Below are positions 41,971-53,227 of a stretch of DNA of 64,000 nucleotides, piece by piece. How positions within the stretch are numbered: the stretch's first letter is position 1; each line of letters starts with the position of its first letter. This stretch comes from Candidatus Bathyarchaeota archaeon. Its GTDB lineage: Archaea > Thermoproteota > Bathyarchaeia > Bathyarchaeales > Bathycorpusculaceae. The notes beneath the pieces were generated by a model, which ran no database searches, was not told where the DNA came from, and was given only the letters and a program-made list of their open reading frames with translations. The stretch is taken from NCBI GenBank assembly GCA_963720565.1, contig CAVRFW010000007.1:32001-96000 (forward strand). The letters run 5' to 3'. Both the position numbers and the translations under genes were made by a program.

Positions 41971-42087
41971 TAATGGTAACGTTTCAATCAACTAACAATT
42001 GCTAAGAAAGCACTTCAATCTTTCAGAATAGTCGGAACTACAAAAAACCTTTTAGACAGCTCAAACCCTTATTCAACTGGTGAGCCG

Positions 42088-42720
42088 GTGCTCAGTTCTA
42101 GAACGTTTCCAATACCTCTTATTGTAGCAGCACCTTCCCCTATCCCCTACATCCTCCTCTTTCTGGTAGTTCTAATCATTGCCATAGTATTGTTCGTCAA
42201 GTTTCCTTCTTTGAGAATATACCGCAAAACAAGAAACATGCTGTTTTATTCTCTTGTGACAGCAGCGCTTGTTTTAACCTTATTTCAGGCGTATGAAGCG
42301 CCCAGACGGACCGTCTACGAATACTACATCTATGGTTTCCCGAATTATTATCCCGGGAGAACTAACCAGTTTAACCTGACCTGCCAAAATCTTGAATCTG
42401 CCCCAGCCAGTTTCTACATGGTCATAAACAGCGTCAACGCCTCTTTCCCAACCCAGCCACAACTAACCTACATCCCCGTCAACAGCACCGCAATCAAGGT
42501 TCTCTTTACAGTTTCAGAAAACACGTCTCCCCTGGCCGAAGATACAGAGCCAATTTTCTTTGACATCGATGAAAACGTCATAGGCTTCTCTTTCACTGTT
42601 CATCCACAAATAGTCACTGCTACTTTGTTTCCTGCTGGAAGCATTTATAGTGTGGATTACGTTTGGAATGGGCTGGAAAACTACTATGAATTATCCCAGT
42701 TGTATCAGGTCATGGCATAA
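42088..42720 (+). CDS. Two-TM hypothetical protein with exported domain
   Basis: Hydrophobic N-terminus; CAAAAAACCTTTTAG 32 nt upstream. Confidence 0.6.
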   Translation: MLSSRTFPIPLIVAAPSPIPYILLFLVVLIIAIVLFVKFPSLRIYRKTRNMLFYSLVTAALVLTLFQAYEAPRRTVYEYYIYGFPNYYPGRTNQFNLTCQNLESAPASFYMVINSVNASFPTQPQLTYIPVNSTAIKVLFTVSENTSPLAEDTEPIFFDIDENVIGFSFTVHPQIVTATLFPAGSIYSVDYVWNGLENYYELSQLYQVMA

Positions 42721-42887
42721 ATGATGAAATTCTCATAAGAAAGCAAACGTTTTACTAAACTAACCAATTGCTGAACCTAGACTTTGTCAAGAAATCTTGG
42801 CTTTGACTAGTGACAGGCGTGTTTAGTCAAGAAATCTTTGCAAAAACCCCTTTTAGCTGAAATGAGCAAAGATTAATTGGTGCTGAT

Positions 42888-44301
42888 ATGAAAAGAACTG
42901 CATTCGCGTTGTTGTTAATTCTAATGTTCAGCTTTTCAGCTGTGATTGTAACTTGTCAAATTGTTTCATGCGGTGCATCTTCTGCGGATGATTGGCCAAT
43001 CTGTAGGCATGATGCAGCTCAGACTGGCTTTTCAAGCAGTACGGCAACAACATCGGCAGCAGTGCAATTGTGGAATTACACGATTGAGAACTAGCGCCCT
43101 ATCTGCGCCTGAGTCACCTGTTGTTGTTAGCGGACGCGTGTATGTGTGTTCTGACGATTACGGTGTCTGCTGTTTTGAATCGTCTGACGGAACAAAGGTT
43201 TGGAGTTTTAAACCTGAAGCTGAAATGGATTATTACTATTCTCCAACCGTTATTGACGGGCGCGTGTATGCAGGTTCAGACAATGGGCAAGTCTACTGCA
43301 TTGATGCTTCTACTGGCAATAAATTGTGGAATTTCTCAGTTGGCTCGTATGACTTGTGGACAACCGTCGGCGTTCCAGTGAGTTCCTCAGTGAATATTGC
43401 AGAAGGCAGAGCTTATGTTGGAGCTCTGAGTGGAACCCTTTACTGTCTGGACGCAGCAAGCGGCGAGAGACTGTGGCAGTTTTCAACTGGGACACGGGAA
43501 CCGGAGAATAATTACGTTTCGTATCCAACCTCACCAGCCATTTCTTCCGAAGGCTACTGCTACGTTAATAATGTAAACGGAGACATTTTCTGTCTCAACG
43601 CCACTTCAGGCGCACTGGTTTGGAATAGCACAGTGGAAGCCGGAGTCAGTGCTGACGTGGTGGTTGACGGATTCATCTATTTTGGATCTAGTGATGGAAA
43701 CGCATACTGCTTTAACGCTTCAAGTGGAACCAAGATCTGGAACTACACAACTTGGTACAACGCTGCGGGTCCATCCCATAATTATCACTGGGGCAATACG
43801 GTTTCAGATCCTGCCGTAGCCTACGGCCACGTGTATGTTGGGTCTACCGATTTTGACGTTTTTTGTTTAGATGCCCTAACGGGTGAAGAAATTTGGAGTT
43901 TTTCAACTGGCGGAATTGTTAATCCTCCATCTGTAGCTGGAGGCTGCGTCTTCGCAGGGTCATATGATGGCAACCTCTATTGTCTGGATGCATATTCTGG
44001 GGTTGAACTTTGGCGTGTTGCAGCAGGTGTGCCTTCTCCTGTTAATGCCGGAGGCAGCGCTGGCTCTCCATCAGTAGCTGCTGGCGTAGTCTATGTTGTT
44101 GGCAATGGAGTTCTCAGTGCTTGGGGTACCTCATCTCCCAATCCACAATCAACACCCACCGCTACTCCGGAACACACACCAGAGCCTATCTCAACGGCAT
44201 TGGTCATAGCTATCGTAATACTGGTTGCCATAGGTACCATAGCGTTGATAGTTGTCATAGGTGCGGGTTTGCTGGTTTATTACAAGAAACGCAAACATTG
44301 A
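42888..44301 (+). CDS. Secreted PQQ-like (BamB-type) beta-propeller protein with CTERM tail, frameshift ~43090
   Basis: Signal peptide + DDWP..RHD..TG, repeated G.VY.GS.DG..YC.DA..G..LW and LLVYYKKR. Confidence 0.82.
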
Positions 44302-44475
44302 GTAGAAGTTCGGGAAGATTTTAGTTAGATTGCAGTCAAGAGAAAAAAGGAATCTGTGGGAGACATATCTCCACTCCTCTGGAGTCAATTCCCACCATGT
44401 TGCACTTGAGTAAAACCAGTATGAGTACTGAAAAGAATATTCTAGAAAAAAAATTTGTGGTGGCTGGCTTGTTAG

Positions 44476-44789
44476 TTAGTGGGAAGATTTTTTCTTAGAT
44501 TTGGTTTTAGGTTTGGGTGAGGTCTTCTTTTTTGTTTTTCTCTTTGTTTTTGTCTTTGTCGGTTCTGCTTCTGGGGTCTCCACTTTTGCAGGTATAATTC
44601 AACTTCGATAACTTGGATTGCGCCTTCTGGGCATTGTGATTCGCATGTTCTGCAGAGTATGCATTCTTCAACTCTTACTGGCACAGATTTGCCGTCTTTT
44701 ATTTCGTAGACACCGACTGGGCAATTGTTAACGCAGGTTTCACATCCAGTGCATTTAGAGTCAACTATGATTTTAACCACTTTTGCCAT
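44476..44789 (-). CDS. 2x[4Fe-4S] ferredoxin with a basic Lys/Thr-rich tail (frameshift ~44596)
   Basis: CTGCETC...CP and CILCRTC...CP; the alternative frame gives PAKVETPEAEPTKTKTKRKTKKKTSPKPKTKSKKKSSH. Confidence 0.8.
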
Positions 44790-45090
44790 CCCACAAGTTC
44801 CTAAGAGCACTTGTCTTAAATATTTTTTTGAGGGACACCACGTTAGTATTGTCACAGAAAAGGGGGATTGGGCAAGTGACATCCCGCCTAACAGGGGTTC
44901 AAACCTGTCTCTCGCTTTCTTCCGTTGGCTTCCTGAAAAGGTTTAAACTGAAATTAGGAAGCACACACTAGCTCAGCCAAAACCTGAAATACAAAGAGAA
45001 AGAAAAGGAGATTGTGCGGGTAGCATCTCCGCCTAATTGGTGGTTGAGATCTCCAGCTTGCAAGTCAAAAGAATTGATAAACAAATAGCC

Positions 45091-45630
45091 TTAGTTTCTT
45101 TTTTGTTCATCCAATTCATTTCTCAGGATTTCCTCAAGTTCTTTAGCCTGTTTTTCGTAACTCATGGTGCTTCCGATTCGATTCTTAACTGAAAGACTGG
45201 TCATTAGCATATCCAAAGATTGATTAATTTCGGCATTGCCCTTCCTAAGATAGACCAAGACAACTCTACCTTTGACTCTTAATGACAATATTGGTTCTAT
45301 GATACATTTTGAATTAATTTCTCCATTTGCGTTTCTGTAAACTTCAAACGGAATAATTAGAAAGTAGTCTCTCCCCTTAGTTTCTTTTTCGCAAATACTT
45401 ACGCGTTCTTCAATGTTTCTCTTGACTTCATCTGAATGGCAGAAGCTACACAGTTCTTGTGGTGAACTCAGACCAATACCAAGAACATCTTTTCTGTTGA
45501 GCTTTCTTGTTAGGACCTGCATTGGTTTAATTGCGTCACTCAGGTTTACTCGAAAGAAAGTCTTGAGCGTTTTTGTCTTTCCTGAATCGTTGCTCCCGAT
45601 CAGAAGCACTACTGTCTTCATGCTAATCAA
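45091..45630 (-). CDS. Hypothetical protein with an N-terminal P-loop
   Basis: VVLLIGSNDSGKT; visibly AT-rich. Confidence 0.6.
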   Translation of the reverse strand: MISMKTVVLLIGSNDSGKTKTLKTFFRVNLSDAIKPMQVLTRKLNRKDVLGIGLSSPQELCSFCHSDEVKRNIEERVSICEKETKGRDYFLIIPFEVYRNANGEINSKCIIEPILSLRVKGRVVLVYLRKGNAEINQSLDMLMTSLSVKNRIGSTMSYEKQAKELEEILRNELDEQKRN

Positions 45631-45828
45631 ATACCACTTTGCCCATAAAACACATAAAGCTTTTTCAAAAACGCCACTTATTCAAGAGTGCCTGAATATT
45701 TTGTTTGAACTAAAATCTAAACGAACTTGGTTGGTTTAGAAAATCGTTACAGCAAGAATTGTTGACTCAAGAAATCTTTACAAAAACCCCTTTTAGCGCG
45801 AAACAAGCTAGCTATTGTTGGTGCTGTT

Positions 45829-47286
45829 ATGAAGAAAACAACATTAGCACTCTCTCTTATCTTGATTACTCTCTTCTCAATAGCCAATTTCGAACTGAAA
45901 GATTGCGTTCCGCCCATCACACGGGCTGCCACAGTTTCTAGCTCGTATCCAGAAGGGCCACAATTATTATGGAACAAGACAATCTCAGCGTGGAACGAGA
46001 CAGCTGGGCAATACACCCGTTCGTTTGCTGGGGAAATCATTCAAGCAAGCGATGGAGGCTACGTTGTCGCCGGGGGATCCAACGGATCATCCAGCGGGGA
46101 CTGGTATGATTGGTGGCTCGTCAAGACCGATTCAAACGCAAACGTAGAGTGGGAGAAGACTTTCGGCGGCCCTTACCGAGATTTTGCCCATTCAGTCATT
46201 CAGACTAGTGACGGTGGCTATGCGGTCGCAGGCACAATGAATGATAAAGCTACAGTAGTGAAGACAGATTCAGCAGGCAACACCCAGTGGAGCCGAACCT
46301 ACTCCAATGGCACCAACGTTAGTAACTACGCTTCAATTATCCAGACAAGCGATGGAGGCTACGCCATAGCGTGTGACGACTGGGACCGTCCCACATACTT
46401 CACGTACTTTGGCCCCCCATCATATCTCCAACTTATCAAGATCGACGCGTCCGGGAATGTAGAGTGGAACAAGACCTATGGAACGGGAACAACGCGTTCA
46501 GTAATTCAAACCAGCGACGGCGGCTACGCATTATTCGGCGACGACTCAAGAACAGGTTTAGTGCTAATCAAAACTGATTCGCTAGGCAGACAAGAGTGGA
46601 CAAGAACATATGGAACCACAGATGACTACAGTCTTTCAGTGGTTCAAACCAGCGGAGGTGCATTCGTTCTTTTTGGTATGCTAACTGTAGACTGGCGCGG
46701 ACCAGGCCTAATCAAGACCGATGCAGAAGGCAACGAATTGTGGGCGAAGAATTACCTGCGCGAGCGCGCAATACCTTCCGATATGGTTGGTACACGGGAT
46801 GGCGGCTACATTTTCTGCGCGACTGAAGATTGGACAATAGAAGAGGGAGACGTCTTTTTTGAGATCGTCAAGGTTGACTCCGAAGGCAACATTTCATGGG
46901 TAATCAGCCTTGCAGAGGGCAGTGCAGGCATGTCCGTGGTTCAGACATTCGACGGAGGATATGCACTGCTGGAAACCCGCACCCTCATTGATTATCAATC
47001 TTGGGAAGACTATTACTCTGCTGTTTGGATCATAAAAACAGAAAAGACTTCCTCCGATCCAGCACCCACCTTTGCTCCAACATCAACTCATTCACCAGAA
47101 CCCACAACAACTCCAACATTAACTGCTTCTCCAGAACCAATGTCAACTCCAAGTCCAGAACCAACACAGGAACCTGATCCTTTCCCAACAACATTAGTCA
47201 GCGGATCCGCAATCGCAGTAGTTACTGTTGTCTGCTTGGGTTTGCTGGTTTACTTCAAGAAACTCCGCAGGCTCAAGAGTGCATGA
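45829..47286 (+). CDS. Secreted beta-propeller repeat protein with CTERM tail
   Basis: Repeated S(I/V)IQTSDGGY...LIKTD..G..W; PT linker; DPFPT...VYFKK. Confidence 0.8.
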   Translation: MKKTTLALSLILITLFSIANFELKDCVPPITRAATVSSSYPEGPQLLWNKTISAWNETAGQYTRSFAGEIIQASDGGYVVAGGSNGSSSGDWYDWWLVKTDSNANVEWEKTFGGPYRDFAHSVIQTSDGGYAVAGTMNDKATVVKTDSAGNTQWSRTYSNGTNVSNYASIIQTSDGGYAIACDDWDRPTYFTYFGPPSYLQLIKIDASGNVEWNKTYGTGTTRSVIQTSDGGYALFGDDSRTGLVLIKTDSLGRQEWTRTYGTTDDYSLSVVQTSGGAFVLFGMLTVDWRGPGLIKTDAEGNELWAKNYLRERAIPSDMVGTRDGGYIFCATEDWTIEEGDVFFEIVKVDSEGNISWVISLAEGSAGMSVVQTFDGGYALLETRTLIDYQSWEDYYSAVWIIKTEKTSSDPAPTFAPTSTHSPEPTTTPTLTASPEPMSTPSPEPTQEPDPFPTTLVSGSAIAVVTVVCLGLLVYFKKLRRLKSA

Positions 47287-47425
47287 AGAATTTGATTAAA
47301 CCGAAATCGTAATGAATACTTTGCAAAACTAAAATCTAAAAGGACCTCCCAGAGAACTGTTGAACATGGTGTTCTCTAGGGAGAGCTAAATACAGTTTTC
47401 GAACATTATTGAACATGGTGCTGTT

Positions 47426-48541
47426 GTGAAGAAAAGAGCATTAGCACTAACGCTTATCATTCCAATTCTATTCTCAGCCCTAATGGTTGGAGGTCAGCTA
47501 TTTAATCTAGCAACGGCTAAAACCTTTGCCACTGTAAACATCAAAGGCGACGGAAGCGTCGAAGGTTCAGACAAGATTACCCGCAACGGAAACGTCTATA
47601 CATTAACAGGCAACATCATCAATTCCACGATCACTGTCACATGCAACAACGTGGTTCTTGACGGTTCAGGTTTTACTCTTCAGGGACCAACTGGCTGGGT
47701 AGACGGACTGGGCGCAATTAACCTCACGTGCAGCAATGTAACAGTTCAGAACTTTAACATAATCGGGTTTTTTGAAGCGGGAATTATAGGTGCATACAAC
47801 GGCAACAACGTAGTCAACAACAATATCACGAGAACGGACAGAGCCATTGCAGTGTACGCCGACGACTACCGTATTGAAGGCAACTATTTGTCGGATAACG
47901 ACATAGGCATTCGAATAGTAGGAAAAAACAACAATATAACACAAAACCACATCGTTGACAACGCAAAAGGTTTTTTCATAACCAATAGCTCCGGCAACAA
48001 TATTATAGCCAACATAATCGAAAAAAACATGGAAGCTATTTCCACTGGCACCGGTGGCTTCCAAGTCTACCATAACAACTTCATTAACCAAACGATTGGT
48101 TCAGGAGGAAGCTGGGAGGCAATGATTCTGGGAATAGACTTTTACTCTTTGGGTGTGAATGTGACCTTGAAGCCTGATTGGGACAACGGGTACCCCTCAG
48201 GGGGAAACTACTGGAGCGATTACGCTATTGTGTACCCTAATGCAACTGAAATTGCTGATTCAGGAATCGGAGACACAGCGTACTTCATCGGTTTTTCATG
48301 CGCAATCAACAGCACTCATGTAAACACCTACATCGTTGAGGCGGTTGACAGGTATCCCCTAACGACACCCTTCAACATATCTGAACCAGTTATCCCGATT
48401 TCATCTCCTACTCCAACTCCTTCCCCGGAACCTACACCGAAACCAGAGCCTTTTCCAGCAACGCTACTCTTTATCGGTTCAGTAGGAATTGCCACAGCCG
48501 TCATAGGTTTGCTAGTTTACTTCAAGAAAAGCAAGCGTTAA
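47426..48541 (+). CDS. Secreted NosD beta-helix protein with CTERM tail
   Basis: GGNYWSDY and PEPFPA...VYFKK. Confidence 0.85.
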   Translation: MKKRALALTLIIPILFSALMVGGQLFNLATAKTFATVNIKGDGSVEGSDKITRNGNVYTLTGNIINSTITVTCNNVVLDGSGFTLQGPTGWVDGLGAINLTCSNVTVQNFNIIGFFEAGIIGAYNGNNVVNNNITRTDRAIAVYADDYRIEGNYLSDNDIGIRIVGKNNNITQNHIVDNAKGFFITNSSGNNIIANIIEKNMEAISTGTGGFQVYHNNFINQTIGSGGSWEAMILGIDFYSLGVNVTLKPDWDNGYPSGGNYWSDYAIVYPNATEIADSGIGDTAYFIGFSCAINSTHVNTYIVEAVDRYPLTTPFNISEPVIPISSPTPTPSPEPTPKPEPFPATLLFIGSVGIATAVIGLLVYFKKSKR

Positions 48542-48616
48542 GCAGAATTGTTGAGTCAAGAAACCTTTACAAAAACTCCTTTTAGCGCGAAACAAGCTAG
48601 TATTGTTGGTGTTGTT

Positions 48617-49249
48617 ATGAAGAGAGCAACATTGGCAATAATGCTCATGTCTGCCCTTCTGTTTTCGGTAGTCGGAGCTCAGTTCGTTAGTTTGGCAGAG
48701 GCAAATCCATATAGCTTCTTTTGGGAATTTGTTGATCCGATTCCGGGAACAATTCCACCCAAAATAACAATCACAAGCCCAAAAAACTACACTACATACA
48801 CAAGCGGTGACCTCAACTTCACCATGCATGTAGCGAAGCCAGAAACTCCAACTCCAACGGAGTCATACATAATCTATGTACATTACTATTTAGATGGGAT
48901 TTATCATCGTGTTTTCAATAATTATTTTGAACCCGTCCCTGAAGTGGATAACTCCACAGTTTTACATGACCTTAGTGATGGAAATCACACTTTGGTGGTT
49001 CAAGTAGAAGGAGGTGTTGAGCCTGGACCTTATGAAGTGTTCTTCATAGAAAGTAACTCAACAGTTTTCTTCACCGTAAACAAAACATCCAACCCTTCTT
49101 CAGCACCAAGTCCAACATCAACACAAGAATATGGACTGAAATTGTCTTTGCACCAGCAAACAGCAGTACTCTCTGGAACAATAGCTGTTGCCTGCATAGG
49201 TTTGCTTGCTAATTACTTCAAGAAACGCAGGAGGAGCCGGGGCTCATGA
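48617..49249 (+). CDS. Secreted Ig-like protein with CTERM-type tail
   Basis: AEANP signal end, LSDGNH module and LLANYFKKR. Confidence 0.7.
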   Translation: MKRATLAIMLMSALLFSVVGAQFVSLAEANPYSFFWEFVDPIPGTIPPKITITSPKNYTTYTSGDLNFTMHVAKPETPTPTESYIIYVHYYLDGIYHRVFNNYFEPVPEVDNSTVLHDLSDGNHTLVVQVEGGVEPGPYEVFFIESNSTVFFTVNKTSNPSSAPSPTSTQEYGLKLSLHQQTAVLSGTIAVACIGLLANYFKKRRRSRGS

Positions 49250-49941
49250 AGAAAACAAAATTGGCACTTACAATCGTGTCTGGATTAGTTGTTTCATTAG
49301 TTGCTGGAACGCAGTTTGTTAGTCTGGCAGGGGCAAATCCTTTGTGGTTGTTTGATTTTACAGCTCCTCCGTATATTAGATTAGATTCACCTGTGAACAA
49401 GACCTATTCTGGAAATGTCCTGCTGAGTTTCACTGTGATTGCAACAAGGGATTGGGTGAAAGGTATTGATGACTTTCCAGAAATTTATCAGATGCTTAAC
49501 TCTGTGGATTATTATATAGATGGAAGTTTCCGGGGGTCAATTGTGGCTGACAGTAATTTGTCTCATCCTTTTCGCTTCTCTGCTTATTTGACTGACCTGC
49601 ATGATGGGAGCCACTGCTTGATGGTTGAAACAAACTCAACAGGAGTGAAGGGAGGCTATGCTATGGGAAACAGAGTCTATAGAGTACCAGCAAATAGCTC
49701 ATCTGTGACTGTGTACTTCAGTATAGTTGGGGGTGCGTCCCCTTCTCCAACACCTGTATCCGCCCCAACACTTACGACCTCAGCCACTCCAGAACCTACA
49801 GCTACTCGAGGAATTAAGTCACAACCAGATTCTATCTCAGCAACGCTGGTCATGGCATCTGTAAGTGTAATAGCTGTTTTTGCCTGTGTAGCTTTGTTTT
49901 CAAAAACCCCTTTTAGAGCGAAGCAAAATAGAATCGAGTAA
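49246..49941 (+). CDS. Secreted Ig-like protein whose tail is truncated by motif A DNA
   Basis: The TM ends ...ACVALF and then reads SKTPFRA, encoded by caaaaaccccttttag. Confidence 0.7.
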   Translation: MKKTKLALTIVSGLVVSLVAGTQFVSLAGANPLWLFDFTAPPYIRLDSPVNKTYSGNVLLSFTVIATRDWVKGIDDFPEIYQMLNSVDYYIDGSFRGSIVADSNLSHPFRFSAYLTDLHDGSHCLMVETNSTGVKGGYAMGNRVYRVPANSSSVTVYFSIVGGASPSPTPVSAPTLTTSATPEPTATRGIKSQPDSISATLVMASVSVIAVFACVALFSKTPFRAKQNRIE

Positions 49942-50093
49942 ATAAGCATGAAGAAAACATCACCAGAAGTACTGCTCGGCACGCACTTGCAGAGTTACGG
50001 TATGAATTCTAAATCGACAATTCCTAATAGTCCGTCTCAACCAGAAACTGAATTGCACGAAGAAAAACTCTGCATATTAGGAAAAGATGAATT

Positions 50094-51842
50094 ATGAAAA
50101 AGAAGAGCCTCGCAATCCTGCTCTTGTCCTTTCTTATCTGCTTTATTGCATTGGGGAGTTTGACTCGTTTTGGTTTGGCTCAAACTGGGCTTGTAGTTTT
50201 TATAACCTCAGACACAACCTGGACCAAAACGAATAGCCCGATCGCTCTCACTGGTCCCACTGTTGTTAGTTCCGGAGTAACTTTGACGATTGAGGGCGGC
50301 GTAACTGTAAATCTCAATGACTATCCGTTACTCATTAACGGAACGTTAAAAGCAGTCGGCAGTGTTTCAGAGAATATCCACGTAACAGGTCTCAATGTTA
50401 CCTTTGGCGAAAGCGCAAGCTCCTCTTCTGTTTTCCGCAACGTCATAATCGATGCTCCGATTCTAAGCAGCAAACCCCTAGTTCTGAACAATAATACAAT
50501 CAACCAACGCGTTACGATAGGAGATTCTTCAACAATATCCAACAACGTCATCTTTGAAGCGGTTAAGGCTGGAGCTTCATCGACTTTTTCAGACAACACC
50601 ATCACGGGAGAAGTCTGGGTTGGAGACTACTGCGTCTTCCGTGGCAACGAGATCCACGGAGACATCGAGGCGGGAAGATATGCCGTTGTCTCGAACAATT
50701 ACGTCGATGGGAGTCACGTTGTTATCGCGCCATTCGGAGGACACAGTTACACTATCGCTCTTACCGTTGGCGCATTTTCCGAAGTCACGAATAATGCAAT
50801 CTCAGGCGGCGTCACCGCAACTTCATCCAACATAACGGGCAACACAATCGAAGGTGGAGCCCGCTTCACGGATTGGGCTGGAAGACCAGAAGACGCTACG
50901 TCAGCGCTCACTGTTAAGGGGGAATCCTATGTAACCTCTAACGTCATCTACAGCATAACAGGAGGCTACGGATTGATGATTGACGGTGGATCTTCGCTCG
51001 TTTCAGGAAATCTGGTGAAAAACATGATCAGAGTGGCGGGTAACGCGGTCATAGACGGCAATTACATCACGTCAGGGGGGATACAGGTGGGCCACATCTA
51101 CATTTCAGCTTTCAACGACATCGATTACGGCTACGGCGACTCAATAATTAAGAATAATGTTATCAACGGCAGCAACTTCGGAGTCGGCAGCACATATCCA
51201 GACGGAATGGCAACCATTCAAGACAATCTGATTCAAAACTGCGAATACGGCATAAGCCTCATGTCCCAAGCGACAATTCAGAACAACACGATATTCAACA
51301 GTTCAACTGCAATCGGACTCGTTAGCGGTGGTGCCATAGACACGTCACAACCGATTAACTACAACAATATCATCACGTATAGCGAAAACAGCGTGCTCTT
51401 GGCAAACTTTCCTTTAGACGTAGATGCTACATACAACTGGTGGGGAGAAACTGACACCCAAGCTATAAACCTGACTATTCACGACTTCAAATACGATTTG
51501 AACCTTGGAAAAGTGAATTTCCTCCCCATTCTAAATGCCCAAAATCCCCAAGCTCCATCAACAGCATACACGATCCAAACCCCGAATACGCCCGCACTAC
51601 CCACACCACAGCCCACACCCACTCCAACGGCAACTCCAACCCCCACTCCCACATCCCAAACGCCTACTCCGTCGCCATCTCCGTCCCCTTCAACTCCAAC
51701 TCCCTCTCCTTCTCCACAACCTACTTTCCAGCCGGAGCTTTTCCAAATAATATTGGTTATTGTTGCCTCAGCGATAGTTGCTGTTGCTGTAATAGGCTTG
51801 CTGTTTTACTTCAAGAAACGCCGCAATCTCAAGAGTGCATAG
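50094..51842 (+). CDS. Secreted beta-helix protein with PT/PS linker and PELF-CTERM tail
   Basis: ITSDTTWT..NSP, ATYNWWG and QPELF...FYFKKR. Confidence 0.8.
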   Translation: MKKKSLAILLLSFLICFIALGSLTRFGLAQTGLVVFITSDTTWTKTNSPIALTGPTVVSSGVTLTIEGGVTVNLNDYPLLINGTLKAVGSVSENIHVTGLNVTFGESASSSSVFRNVIIDAPILSSKPLVLNNNTINQRVTIGDSSTISNNVIFEAVKAGASSTFSDNTITGEVWVGDYCVFRGNEIHGDIEAGRYAVVSNNYVDGSHVVIAPFGGHSYTIALTVGAFSEVTNNAISGGVTATSSNITGNTIEGGARFTDWAGRPEDATSALTVKGESYVTSNVIYSITGGYGLMIDGGSSLVSGNLVKNMIRVAGNAVIDGNYITSGGIQVGHIYISAFNDIDYGYGDSIIKNNVINGSNFGVGSTYPDGMATIQDNLIQNCEYGISLMSQATIQNNTIFNSSTAIGLVSGGAIDTSQPINYNNIITYSENSVLLANFPLDVDATYNWWGETDTQAINLTIHDFKYDLNLGKVNFLPILNAQNPQAPSTAYTIQTPNTPALPTPQPTPTPTATPTPTPTSQTPTPSPSPSPSTPTPSPSPQPTFQPELFQIILVIVASAIVAVAVIGLLFYFKKRRNLKSA

Positions 51843-51959
51843 AGTTATTATTTAGACTAAAGTCTGTAGGATCTCCTTGTTGGCGTGCTTTTAGCGTTAG
51901 TCAAGAAACTTAGATGAGTTAATATATGGAATATCTGTTTGAGTTGGTTCTGATTTGGA

Positions 51960-52889
51960 TTGAGCCATCATTGGGGTTATTTGGGGGCTTTAGGATCAGC
52001 CATTCTGTTTGGGTTAAGTTCCACTCTCAACAAGATAGCTCTGAATGAAGTTAATCCCATATTGATAGCGGGAACAATCTACTTTGTTGGTGGTCTTCTC
52101 CTTTTGGCAATCCATTTTTCACCTCTTCATGGAGAGCTTCTTGCTCTATTTGAAACAAAAACGGTGACTGAACACAAAATTGCCAAGAAAGACTACAGAA
52201 ATCTGGTATTGATTATTCTGTGTGGGTCAGTAATGGCTCCAGTGATGCTTCTACAGGGACTACAAATTACCACAGCCGTAAATGCCTCGCTCCTACTCAG
52301 CACTGAATCCTTTTTCACAGCATTGATTGCCTTCACCGTTCTTGGAGAGAGAGGTACAAAGAGAGACTACTTCAGCATTATTCTGCTTCTACTAGGAGTA
52401 TTAGTTGTGACAACTAATGGGCATTTCCAGGGATTGAGTCTAACAAGTCAAATTACAGGAAATCTGTTGGTTGTTGGAGCATGTCTGTTTTGGGGATTAG
52501 ACAATACCTTTAGCAAATTTCTCAGCAAGAAAACAGAAATCATATACATTACAGGATTGAAATGTGTGATAGGCGGGTCAATTCTTCTATTATTACCCTT
52601 ACTTCTCAATATTGAATATAATATTCCGTTGGTTGCTTTGCCATACATTTTCACTGTAGGATCCTTGAGTATTGCACTTTCAATTCTGTTGTTTCTCTTT
52701 GCGTTAAGAGAAATTGGTTCAATGAGGACTGGTTCAGTTTATTCTGTTTCTTCACTTTTTGGAGCATTCTTTGCATTTCTAATACTCGGCGAACCATTCT
52801 CTGTTGTTCAAATAATTGCAGGATTGATAATGTTGCTTGCGGTGTATTTGTTATGCAGAAAATGTGTTGCACCTACAGCTTCTCCTTAG
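51960..52889 (+). CDS. EamA/DMT family transporter
   Basis: Ten TM helices with two EamA repeats (..LGE). Confidence 0.88.
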   Translation: MSHHWGYLGALGSAILFGLSSTLNKIALNEVNPILIAGTIYFVGGLLLLAIHFSPLHGELLALFETKTVTEHKIAKKDYRNLVLIILCGSVMAPVMLLQGLQITTAVNASLLLSTESFFTALIAFTVLGERGTKRDYFSIILLLLGVLVVTTNGHFQGLSLTSQITGNLLVVGACLFWGLDNTFSKFLSKKTEIIYITGLKCVIGGSILLLLPLLLNIEYNIPLVALPYIFTVGSLSIALSILLFLFALREIGSMRTGSVYSVSSLFGAFFAFLILGEPFSVVQIIAGLIMLLAVYLLCRKCVAPTASP

Positions 52890-53227
52890 ATTGAGCAAAA
52901 ACCACGTGCATTCATATGTTAAAAAGTCAGGTTAAGATAGCAAGCCCGCCCCGGCAACATCTGAATCTGCTGGGACTTCTACTAATAATTGGAATAAACT
53001 TGTATTATCTCTTAAAGTATGAATGTTCCTGAAGTATGCCCATACGCTTTGACACCTTTCCGCAGCAGCATTTCGATTGTGATGCTCCGGTCACGCTTGG
53101 AGCACTCACTGTCTTCAGTTGCAAGGCTTAGTCAAGGAATCTTGACTGGCATAAGGGCGCGTCCAGTCAAGAAACCTTTACAAAAACCCCTTTTAGCGTG
53201 CAAACACCACATAAAACAGGAACGAGC

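Noticed and set aside
47348..47420. Hairpin CCC-AGAGAAC..GTTCTCT-AGGG and a duplicated TTGAACATGGTG
   Set aside because: Single occurrence; it may be only a local duplication of the translation-start region
51585..51725. C/A-rich low-complexity tracts as DNA repeats
   Set aside because: They encode ordinary Pro/Thr/Ser linkers
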